This document shows, one piece after another, positions 10,790 through 20,590 of a stretch of DNA of 64,000 nt. The notes under the pieces are model-generated. The model ran no database searches. It was given only the letters and a program-made list of their open reading frames with translations, and was not told where the DNA came from. Both the position numbers and the translations under genes were made by a program. Where the stretch lies: assembly GCA_013239625.1 (NCBI GenBank), contig MU054323.1, forward strand, positions 4,132,214-4,196,213, read 5' to 3'. This DNA comes from Lama guanicoe. Taxonomy: Eukaryota. Position 1 is the stretch's first letter; every line of letters starts with the position of its first letter.

Positions 10790-11832
10790 AATGTTTGAGC
10801 AGTTTTCCTACCTCTTTGAATATCCGTTTACTATTGCCATGGATAAGGGGTTCCCAGTGGATGAAGCTCACTACACATTGTTTGTTTCCTCCTACTTGTC
10901 TAGCCAGTCCTTTTTAGTCTTATTTTCAAACTTTTTTCTCACTGGATCCCTTCAAAGCAGGCACTTCTCAGAGTTTTGTATGGACCTTATTCTCTTCTCA
11001 CTCTGCATACTCCCCCCACCTTCCCCAGCAATGCCATTCATTTCAGTTACCACCTGTAAGTGACAGTTTTCCAAACTACACCTCCAGACCCATCTGTCCC
11101 CAGAGCGTTAGTATGTATGTTTAACGACTTATTATGGATCTTTGTTGGGGTGCTCCATAGGCATTTCAAATAAAACATGTATTTCCCTACTTCTGTGCTT
11201 GTATCATTCTTAAATCCTTCTTTCACCTCCCTCCTACATCCAGTAAATCACCACATCCTGTTGGTTCTGCTCCCAAATATTTTTTCAGAATCAGTTCCCT
11301 TTTCTTTCTTTCTCTCTCTCTCACTCTACTGCTGATCCCCAGGTAAAGCTGCTACTATCTCTTGGACTAATTTTTCATGTCTCTAGACTGTTTCCTCTTT
11401 CAGTCCATCCATGCTACCAATAGAACATACTTTCAAAAATATGATTATGCCCCTCTCCTGCTTATTAAAAACTATGCAGTAGCTTTGCATTGTTTTCAAG
11501 GTAAAGACCCAAGGTAAACTTCTAAATATAACCCATGAGGCTAATAGTGTCCAGCCTACTGTCTCACTCTCTTACCTTTATCTCTTCCCTCTTCCTCCAA
11601 ACTAACTACTAATATTTTCTGACCTTGTGACCAGTCTGGGTATGGTCCCTTTTCTATGTCCTTCTTAAAAAAATGGCATTTATTACACAGAATTGCAGTG
11701 TTCCTGTGACAGCATCCACCCCACCCCAACCAGGCTGTGAGATGCCCGGGTCCAGAGACTACCTTCTTCACCACCTTACTGCCAACTGAACACAGTGACT
11801 GGCACACTGTGCATGGCTAACAATTACTGAAG
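10790..11832 (+). mobile_element. L2 LINE (ORF2 3' relic and 3' UTR)
   Basis: CTTATTCTCTTCTCACTCTGCATACTC...CATTTCAGTTACCACCTGTA...AATCACCACATCCTGTTGGTTCTGCTCCCAAAT...GGCACACTGT, L2 hallmarks. Confidence 0.7.
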
Positions 11833-11902
11833 CTCCTTTTAATAGCCCTGAGCCTAATACCTTATAAAACCAGGCATATGGCCATTTGCTTCTATTTGGA
11901 AG

Positions 11903-12001
11903 CTGTAATGGAAAGAAGATTCAGTCATGTAGAAAATAAGAAAAACTTTCTCCTTAACAGTAATTGTCTCCTATTTCTTATGTTCCCTTAGTGAAATATT
12001 G
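11903..12001 (+). pseudogene. Candidate pseudo-exon I
   Basis: ttctatttggaag|CTG TAA TGG AAA GAA GAT: L*WKEDSVM*KIRK, similar to LSQKEQEL and in the expected position. Boundaries uncertain. Confidence 0.35.
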
Positions 12002-12089
12002 GTGGTATGATAAAAGTAATTATTATATCACATAAAGTGCAACATCTATCTCACTTTTTTCCATACTTTAATCTTGAGATTTCTTGCAG

Positions 12090-12402
12090 ATCAGTCTGAA
12101 TTTTGTATTAAAGAGAATTCAGACGATCAAGAACAAGTGACTTATTTAATCTGAAGAGACAGTTTTCAAAGAAACGATGTTATAAATTTAGCAAGAAGTA
12201 AAGCATCAGATTACTTATCACTTTAGTTTAACTGATTAAAATATGCCCAGAGCATGGCTTCTCAATATAAGAGTCAAATATCATAGGAAGAGTTTGCAGA
12301 GTGTTCATGAGAATCTGACTAGAAATTCAGATCACCTTTTCAAATAGAAAAATGCACAGTGCTGCTGTGGGGTGGGGGATGAGAGCCACTGTCCACATAC
12401 AG
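12090..12402 (+). pseudogene. Pseudo-exon J (coiled coil)
   Basis: gatttcttgcag|ATC ... ACA G|gtgagg. With frameshifts reads ISLNFVL.IQTIKNK/LFNLKRQF/KETML*I*QEVKH/DYLSL*FN*LKYAQSMASQYK/YHRKSLQSVHENLT. Resembles LSHDMIMEITTLRAQLTDLEEVNLNLKKQIRKEVQEEYEALVRAL...LIQKVCELIGEV. Confidence 0.6.
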
Positions 12403-12533
12403 GTGAGGTGAGGGTCTGTTTATTGACAGTGAGAGAATGTAGTGCAAAGGTTAATAATGTTCTTTTTCCCCAGGGAGAAACCTCATAAATGAATGGTGAC
12501 TCAGTTTTCTATTTTTTTTTTAATCTATCTCAG

Positions 12534-12652
12534 GCATCAGTGAAAGGACAGTTGCGAAGAAGGCACAGAATATTAATTAATCTGGAATGCAGATTAAGAA
12601 AGCCCGGGAAAATATAATCCAGTTTCAAACATAGCTGGATTGTGAAGTAGTT
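12534..12652 (+). pseudogene. Pseudo-exon K
   Basis: tttttttttttaatctatctcag|GC ... GTT|gtaaga, 119 nt, phase 1 (matches exon J donor). Reads ISERTVAKKAQNIN*SGMQIKKARENIIQFQT*LDCEVV; FQT*L resembles FQAQL. Confidence 0.6.
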
Positions 12653-12754
12653 GTAAGATCTGCTGCAGCATTCTTAAAATGCTTTTAAAATAGAAATAAA
12701 TATATTTGTGTTCAATTTCCACGTAAATGTGAAGAACCTCCTTTTTGGCTACAG

Positions 12755-12915
12755 TGAGGTACATTGAGAATTGTGATGCATCAGTAAATCCCAGAGCTTT
12801 TAGGAGAATGAAGTAGCATGATAAATAAATAAAGCGAATGAGGGAATGGGGCCACTGACAAGGGAAACCCTTGCTTGTATAGCAACTGGTACCTTTTCTT
12901 GAGCCAAATGTAAAG
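12755..12915 (+). pseudogene. Candidate pseudo-exon L
   Basis: ctttttggctacag| ... AAAG|gtgtgg. Reads EVH*EL*CISKSQSF*ENEVA.., weakly similar to AEREVG; many stops. Confidence 0.3.
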
Positions 12916-13074
12916 GTGTGGGTAGAGTACGCTGATGAATGGAGAACAGAGTAGGAAATGAGATGGAGTATGAGAAGGTGCCTTGGTCACTGAGGGAGAT
13001 CTGAGTAGGCTCCAGGTTCTGCCTTCTCTCCCTTCCTCCCTTTCTCACTTTCCTTCTTGACTGACCCGCTTATA

Positions 13075-13325
13075 TGTGGAGTGTGCATATACTAATGTAG
13101 GACCTTTGCTATCTCCCAAGCACTTACAATCAGAAACGAAAGAATTTCAAAACCCTTTCCCATACTCGGGTAAACTTTGAAAGGCTTGTGAGGATATGTC
13201 AGTGTTGTGATGCCAGTTTGACAGATGAAGAGAAGGGCTCAGGGAGGCTACCCTGACCTGCCAAAGTTACTTAGTGGTTTATGTCAGAGTAGGGAGTGCA
13301 GTCAAAGTCTCCTACCCTCCAGTTT
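13075..13325 (-). mobile_element. MIR SINE
   Basis: CCAGTTTGACAGATGAAGAGAAGGGCTCAGGGAGG...GACCTGCCAAAGTTAC, antisense MIR core. Confidence 0.7.
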
Positions 13326-13539
13326 TGTGAAGCAACACTTCTGGAACATGTGGCCATTACACAGTGATGTGCGCAGGGACTGGCATTGTCCTTCATACAC
13401 CCAGGATCCCAGCCAGGGCTTTAGACAGCTCTTGGTCAGAAAACTGGGAGATGGTCTAAACAATTTGTTTGCCTTTATTTTCTAATATTATGAGAGAGGT
13501 TTTGTTGTTCTACCCAAGGAGGCTATTTTCCATTATAAA

Positions 13540-13700
13540 TGGTGTTGCTCACAATAAATCTAAAAGCTTCATTAAGCTAAAAAAAAAATAGAAGGAAACA
13601 GAATAGCTAACATTTCACAGAAGCAGTTGTGGAGAATACATTAAAGTTAATGAGTATTAGGCTACTTAAATTATTTACAAGACTTCAGAATTTTAAATAT
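13540..13700 (+). pseudogene. Pseudo-exon M (C-terminal coiled coil)
   Basis: KSKSFIKLKKK*KETE*L.. then KQL/ENTLKLMSIRLLKLFTRLQNFK (13621-13697). Resembles QQKKMKRDLHQMRSRLAQERSVKLDALQRAEELQGQL. Boundaries approximate. Confidence 0.5.
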
Positions 13701-14188
13701 TTGTCTGGAAATCTAAGCTGGTCCTGTCTACGTTTTCATCCTGGACTGTAGGGTGGTTGACCATTTTCTCAGGGTTTGGAGGGAGGTCTCTAAATAGTCT
13801 GAGCTTAGGTAAAACAAATGGGCTCTAGAACAATGCCAGATAACTCCATGGGGGTCCACATCCCCACCCCTTTTCCCTTAAAAGTCACCAAGTCTGGACC
13901 AGCCCGAACTCATTCTGAGGACTGAGACTTCATCTCCTGTAGGTATTTTTCTCTTCTAAAAGAATTCAGCGGAGGAGGCAATGCTGAAGTCAAAAGAATG
14001 ATTATTTAATCTGGGGTCGTAGGCAGTGTTGTGCCTCGATTTATAATCCATCTTCCTGCCTAGAAGTGAATGCCATGCAGTTGCCCTTTTCCCGTCTATC
14101 TGATTTGCTTTGGAAGGAACTGTCACACTTGTCTCTCCTGTCTGGGTCAGGCAGACCCAGCTAAGATCACACTTCAAGAGTCTTCCTG

Positions 14189-14241
14189 TTTTGACACAAC
14201 ATTGTAAAATGACTGTAACTTAATAAAAAAATGTTTAAGAA
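14189..14241 (+). mobile_element. Extremely 5'-truncated young L1 (3' terminal ~50 nt) with 10-bp TSD
   Basis: GACACAACATTGTAAAATGACTGTAACTTAATAAAAAAA flanked by AGTCTTCCTG at 14179-14188 and 14242-14251. Confidence 0.8.
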
Positions 14242-14499
14242 AGTCTTCCTGAAGAATAAGGTGTAAAGGAAAAGGGCTTATCACGAGACTGTCCTTGTTC
14301 CGTTTATGTTAATAAGTCACTGTGTGGCTTTAAGGAAGTCTAGTCTTGCTTCTGGACACAAGTTTCTACAACTGCAAAACTAGTTTTGGCCCATGGTAGA
14401 AAATGATTGTTGAATTAGATTAGCTGTAACGTTTATTCTATCAAGCTCTGGTAGAGAAACACAAGAGTTTATTACGATATTTCAAGCATGTAAAATTGT

Positions 14500-15540
14500 A
14501 TCCATGAGGATAATAAACACATAGTGGCCAATATTAAAAATTTGCCATCTTTGCCTTTGACTTTAAAGTAACAAGACATTTAGCATAAAGTTGAAGGCTG
14601 CTGGATACACACCCTAATCCCATTCTACATCCTTCCTCCTTTTACTATAATAATCACTGTTTGAATTTTGTGTTTACTATGACCATACATGGTTCATCCT
14701 TTTCAACATATGTCTTTAACTATAAATAATACATAGGATTGTTTTTAATGTTTTAGAGCTTTTAATAAATGGCATCATATTGACGTACCATTCTGTAAAC
14801 TTGCACTTTTGCCCTATATTATATGCTTGCATGTATTTTGATGTTTTATTATTATAGAGCTAGTTCACTTATTTTAACTGCTCTAATACTCCATTGTTTA
14901 AATATACCAAATTGATACAGCCCTTTTCTTATTGATGCACGTTTGCCTTGTTTTTACTTTTTCACCACTCCACAGATAACATTCCAATAAACATTTCTTC
15001 CGTAAACTTGTCTCCTAGTGCATATAAGTGAGTATTTCTCTAGTGTGTAAACCTGGAAGTGGAAATTAAATCAAGGCCATGAACACCATCAGCTTTTCCA
15101 GGTGTTGCCCAGCACTCAAAGCAGTTAAACACTGAAAGTGGCTAGTAGTTAATGAGATTTCTAGTTCCTTCACTTTATTGCCAACACTTGACATTGAATT
15201 ACTTTAGAAGTTTTGCCAATTTGATGTATTTAAAATTTCTCATTGCTATAATTTACATTTGCCGTATTATTATTGTTGAGGTTGAACACATTCTTGTATT
15301 TTTATTAGTGTTTAGATTTCTTGTTCTGAAGCAACTCTGTTTTGTTTGCATTTTCTACCATTTTTTTCCCACTGGGTTGTTTTGCATTTTTAATATTGAT
15401 TTTATGAGCTCTTTGTATACTTTGGATATATGTTTTCCAGTAGCATGTTTTGGAATCTTCATGTAGTCTGTAACTTCTTTTAATTTCTGTGAAGTGTTTG
15501 CTTTTAATTTAATCAAATGGAATTACATCTGATTAATTTA
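14500..15540 (-). mobile_element. Old L1M (L1ME-like) 3' region
   Basis: AAATGGCATCATATTG...ATTCCAATAAACATT...TTTTGCCAATTTGATG...GAGGTTGAACACATT, antisense L1M 3' UTR/ORF2. Confidence 0.7.
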
Positions 15541-15543
15541 ATT

Positions 15544-16597
15544 GTGGCAGATTGTATTTTACAAAGATAGCCACAGTGGTATCTCCCGATATGCTATTCT
15601 AAACCTTTGCTACTCCCTCATCTAGGGATGGAGTGTATGTCTCTTGCACCTGAAATTGAGAGATTTTGTGACTGTCTTGACAATACAGTTTGGCAGAACT
15701 GATGTTATATGACTTCAAAAGCCAAGTCACAAAAAGTGCCATTTACTTTTGCCAGGCTATCTTGGGATGCTCTCTCTTAGAACCCAGCCATCATGCTGTG
15801 AAGAGTAGAAGCAGGCGGTGGAGAGGCTCACAAGGTGAAGAATCAGGGCCATGGCCCACAGCCCTAGCTGAGCTCCCAGTTGACAGTCAACACCAGCTTG
15901 TTAGCCCTGTGAGTGAGCCATCTTCCAAGTGAGTCATTTATTTTCCCCAACTTTATTGAGGTATACTTGATAAATAGAAATTGTGTATACTTAAGGTACA
16001 CAACCTGATGTTTGATATGTACATTGTAAAATAAGGACCACAGTCAAGCTAGTTAACTTATCTATCACCCTGAGAGAGTCTTAAGACAGGAAATCCTGTT
16101 ATTTGCAACATTGTGGATGAACCTGAAGGACATTATATGAAATTAAATAAGCCAGACATAGAAAAACAAATAAAATACTTCATGATCTCACTTTTACTGG
16201 AATATGTGGAATTTTTAAAAGTTAAACTCATAAAAGCAGAGAGAAGAATGGTGGTTTCCAGGGCTTGGGGGTAGAGAAAATGATCAAAGGATACAAAATT
16301 TCAGTTTTGCAGGATGAATCAGTTCTGGGACTCTAATGTACAGCATGGTGACATAGTTAATAATACTGTATGTACATTTGAAATTTGCCAAGAGAGTTGA
16401 TGATAAGTGTTCTCACCACATACACACACACACACAAAAATCAAAAGTGGGTCCTTTACCCTCCATCAAGCAGCACAACAAGTAGAGAAGACAAAAACCA
16501 TCCCCACCGAGCCCTGTAGTACAAAGTACAGATTTGTGAGCATAAAACCATTAAATTTGGAGGGTGATTTATTAAACAGTGATAAATAACTGATATA
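15544..16597 (+). mobile_element. MLT1 (E/F-like) MaLR LTR, interrupted by an L1
   Basis: Starts TGTGGCAGATTGTATTTT...AGAACCCAGCCATCATGCTGTGAAG, resumes after 16445 and ends ...AAACCATTAAATTTGGAGGGTGATTTATT...ATAACTGATATA. Confidence 0.75.
15941..16444 (-). mobile_element. L1MA-type (L1MA9-like) insertion with 5' inversion
   Basis: 15941-16070 is the L1 3' terminus on minus. About 16080-16440 is the immediately upstream L1 3' UTR on plus. TSD AAGTGAGTCATTTA (15927-15940) / AAGTGGGTCCTTTA (16445-16458). Confidence 0.75.
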
Positions 16598-18269
16598 ATA
16601 CAATGGATTAATCTTATCCTTTGCTGTTTATTTGTGTGTATGTTATTCTCAAAGAAATTCTTTCCTATATGAAGACTATAAAAGTATGGATCTACCTATT
16701 CATCTAAAAGTTTTAAAGTTCTGCTGTTATTATTATTATTTTTTGATGTATATATATAGAGAGAGGGAGGGGGAGTGTGTGTATGTGTGCCAAGTGGAGC
16801 TTTAAGTTTTTTCCCATAAACAGTTTTTCTAACACAATTTATTGATGTTTATCTATAGATCTTAATGCTACCTCTCTGTTCTGTATACATTTTAATACAC
16901 TTGTGAGTCTATTTCTAAGTTTCTTATACTTTTCCTCAGTTTTTTTTTGCTTATTTCCATGCCAGTATCACGTTGTCTCATTTATTGTAGCTTTAGAGTC
17001 AGTCTTCACATCTGTAAGGACACATTTCTCTATTTGGTCATTTTACTCACAACTGTCGTGATAGTTTTTGGCCTTTTATTCTTCAATATAAATTTTAATA
17101 TTAGCGTGTCAATTTCTATAAGATATTTTGTCGATATTATTTATAGATAAATTTGGAGGTGATTGTGTATGACTCTGCCTCTTACAGGTTTTTTTCTTTT
17201 TTATATTATAAATGGCAAAAGGATGGACATACAGATCTATAGAATGGACTGCATAGTCCAGGCATATCCACATATATGTAAAAATTACACATTCTAATTG
17301 TTGCTGGTATAAAGGAGTGCATTTGTCTATTTCTTTAGGTATGCTTTACATGCAATGAAACAAGCCTGTTTTAAGGGTGCAGTTTGTTGAGCTCTAACAA
17401 ATGTAATCATGTCTGTAACACACATGTCAGTTAGGATATTACGCAACATCTCAGAGAGTTCCCTCATGTCGCTTTCTAAATAACTCACATCTAAAAGCAG
17501 CCACTGTTCAGCTATCACCATAGAGTAGTGTAATATTCTCCTAATCTTCATGTAAAGAAATAATTCAATATGGTTTTTTAAAATCTAGTTTCTTTTGGTC
17601 ATCATAGCTTCTATGAGATTTATCCATGTTGTTGCAGATAACAATGGATTTTTCCATTTAACTACTTCTCAGTATTGCATGGTATAAAAATAACACATTT
17701 TACTCATTCTCTTATTGAGGGACATTTGGATTATTTCCAGTTTTTGATTATTATTTATAAAGTTACTGAGAATATTCTTGTACAAGTGTTTTTCTGAATA
17801 TATATTTTCATTTCCCATGAGTAAATACATGGAGTGAAATTTTTGGGTCATTGAGTAGATGTTTATTTGACTTTTTAAGAAACTGCCGAACTGTTTTCCA
17901 AGATAAGTTTACTATTTTAACTCCCACCAGCAATGCATGAAAATTTCATTTGCTCCACATCCTCACCAATATTTATGTTACTATTTTAATTTTCACCATT
18001 CTAGTGAGTGTGTGGTAGTATCTAATTATAATTTTAATTTGTTTTTTTCTTATTACTAGTCATGATGAGTATCTTTTCCTGTGCTTACTCACCATTCATA
18101 TATCTTGTTTTGTTAAGTCTCTATTCCATTGTTTGCCCACTTTAAACTTTGGGTAGTTTGTCTTCTTGTTCTTGAATTATAGGATCCTTAAAAATATATT
18201 CTGGATATCATTTACTGCAATTATTTGCCCTTTTTTTTTGAAAGTGAAAAGGAGTTTTATTCTTTTTTT

Positions 18270-18485
18270 AAACCATTTTTCTTAATTGAAGTTTTGTCAG
18301 TTTACAATGTTCTGCCTATTTCTGGTGTACAGCATAATGTTTCAGTCATACATATACATACGTATGTTCCTTTTCATACTATTTTTCATATAGGTTACTA
18401 CAAGCTATTGAACATAGTTCCCTGTGCTGTAGAGTAGAAACAAGTTTATCTATTTGATATATAGTAGTTAGTACCTGCAAATTTC
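18270..18485 (-). mobile_element. Artiodactyl-type L1 3' end
   Basis: AATTGAAGT...CAGTTTACAATGTT...TCTGGTGTACAGCATAATG...ATTGAACATAGTTCCCTGTGCT; same family as 23306-24057. Confidence 0.8.
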
Positions 18486-18584
18486 TTGGATGGTGTCTTT
18501 CAAAGATCAGATCTTAAACAGTTTATGAAACCCAATTTATCAGTTTTTCTTTTAAGTCTGAGACTTTGGCATGCAACCTAGGGG

Positions 18585-18865
18585 ATTTTTTTATAGATTG
18601 TTTTTTTAAGAGAAGATTTAAATTTACAGTGACATTGAGAGGAAGGTACAGAGACTTCTCATATACCCCTTGCTACCACACATACATAAATTCCTTCTTT
18701 ATCAACATCCTCTACCAGAGTGGTACATTTGTTACAACTGATGAACCTACATTGAAACATCATAGTCACCCAAAGTCCATAGTTTACATTAGGTTTCACA
18801 CTTGGTGTTTTATGTTTTATGGGTTTGGACAAATGTGTAATGAAATGTAGCCATCATTCCACATA
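18585..18865 (-). mobile_element. L1MC1/2-like 3' end
   Basis: CCAGAGTGGTACATTTGTTACAACTGATGAACCTACATTGA...CACCCAAAGTCCATAGTTTACATTAGG, diagnostic antisense L1MC 3' UTR. Confidence 0.8.
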
Positions 18866-19469
18866 GTACTTATAGATACTCTGTAACTACAACTCTTAGA
18901 CCTAGAGTAGTATTGCTGTATCTAAGGAATCATTGCCAACCCCAACATTATGAGTATTTTTTCCTATGTTTTCTTCAGTAAGTTTTCTATTTCACATTAT
19001 TTATTGTGTATGTGGTAAGAGAAGAGTTGAGGTTCATATTTGTTGCAAATGAATATGCAATTTTTCCAGCACCATTTAGTGAATAGATTATCCTTTCAGA
19101 CTGAATTACCATGGCACTTTTGGCTAAAGTCAATTGAGCATGTATGTATAAATACATGTCTAGACTCTGCATCCTGTCCTGTAGATCTGTATGTCTATCC
19201 TTATGCCACTACCACACTATCTTGATTCTTGTAATTTTGTGATGTCTTGATACAAGGTAGTGTAAGTCTTCCAATTTTGTTTTTCTTTTGAAAGTTTTTT
19301 TGGTTATTCTTTGTTCTTTGTATTTGTTCTTTGTATTTTGGTGTAAATTTAAGAATCAGCTTGTCAATTTGTGCTTTCACCCAAAATCCGAAACCAGCAT
19401 CTTCATATAACTTGTCTTCTGTTTGATTATAGTAAGAGCAAAAGTTCTGTGCCATCCCCAGAATGAAGA

Positions 19470-19762
19470 TGTGATGGTTAAATTTTGTGTGTCAACTTTG
19501 CTAGGCTCTGGTGCTCAGTTGTTTGGTGTACTGAGTTTAGAGTTTGCTCTGAAGGTATTTTGTAGATGTGACCAACATCTACAATCAATTGACTTTAAGT
19601 TTAGGAGATTGCCCTTAAAAATGTAGGTGAGCCTTATTCAATTTAGTTAAAGGCCTTAAAAGCAAAACCTGAAATTTCCCAAAGAGGAAATTCTGCCTCA
19701 AGACTGAAATGTAGAAACCCTGTCTAAATTTCCATCCTCACGGTCCCACAGATTTCAGACTT
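19470..19762 (+). mobile_element. MLT2 (ERVL) LTR, 5' part
   Basis: TGTGATGGTTAAATTTTGTGTGTCAACTT...GAAGGTATTTTGTAGATGTG...GAAATTCTGCCTCAAGACTG...CAGATTTCAGACTT. Confidence 0.8.
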
Positions 19763-19774
19763 CAGAAGTTAATA

Positions 19775-20590
19775 TTTTAAATGTATAAAGAATTCTTGCA
19801 AATCATAGAAAGAAGAACAACTTGAGAAAAAATGGACAAAATGTATATAAAGGTAATTTATTACAGTACAAAAAAACCAATAAATAAGTGAAAAAATAAA
19901 AAGCTCTGTAATCAAAGACATAATTTAAAACAACAGTGAAACATAGTTTTTTACTTATCATATTAATAAAGATTTAAAGGTTTGATATCATCCACTGTTG
20001 GTAAAAGTATAAGCAAGCAGACATCTCAGCTTCTCTTGTGAAAATATAGATTGTACAGTCTTTGGAAGGCTACTTGGCAATGTGTAATAGTGTTTAAAAT
20101 CTACATAACTTTTTACCCAGCAATTCTATTTCTAGAAATGAATACTAAAGAACTAACTGCACAAGTGTGCAGAATTTATACAGAAGGCTTTCATTTGCAG
20201 CAATGCTTATACTAACTAAAAGTAAAAATTACCTAAGCATCTATCCACAGAGGTTGGTTAAGTTAATTGTGTTATATTCATACAATGAAATTCTCTGAAA
20301 CTGTCCCAAAGTAACTATTTGTGTAACTTCATGGAAATATGTCCAAAATATTATATTAAGAAAGTCAGTTTTGTAGTATGTAGAGAATGACTCCATTTTT
20401 AAAGTACATATGTGTACATATTAAAAAACATATAGGTACATAATAATAAATAGAAGTAGCATAAAAGTGTTAATGATCATTATCTCTGAGAGATGGCATT
20501 TCAAGGGATTTATATTTCCTTTTCTCTATGTATCAGTATCTTTTGGATTTATTAAAATAAAGAACATGCATTATTGTTGTTAAAAAAGGA
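19775..20590 (+). mobile_element. L1ME-like ORF2 end and 3' UTR
   Basis: AAAAATGGACAAA...TTTTACCCAGCAATTCTATTTCTAGAAAT...TATATTCATACAATGAAAT, old L1 3' region. Confidence 0.7.

Larger units (their letters stand above)
2578..13700 (+). pseudogene. Decayed multi-exon pseudogene of a CCDC162-family (coiled-coil) protein, 3' part
   Basis: About 13 non-repeat segments, most with AG/GT boundaries; several junctions are phase-compatible. Translations (with stops/frameshifts) match recalled CCDC162 motifs in order, e.g. KQL*FIRLDW~KQLEVLKEHW, GKKKDDF~GKEDEF, TIELRLVLDIFCVN~NCEIQMIQEVLRKVN, FQT*L~FQAQL, KQLxENTLKL~RLAQERSVKL. Confidence 0.7.
16600..19390 (-). mobile_element. Composite of old L1M fragments (ORF2 and 3' UTR)
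   Basis: ORF 19201-19455(-) IDKLILKFTPKYK...KKNKIGRLTLP resembles L1 ORF2p IDKLILKFIWK...KKNKVGGLTLP. ORFs 17669-17851(-) and 18987-19172(-) are also ORF2-like. Confidence 0.8.

Noticed and set aside
2578..13700. Naming the fossil gene CCDC162, or calling it a functional CDS
   Set aside because: Nearly every exon has stops or frameshifts. Similarity looks too low for an orthologue, rests on recalled sequence, and synteny is not visible here, so no symbol is assigned.
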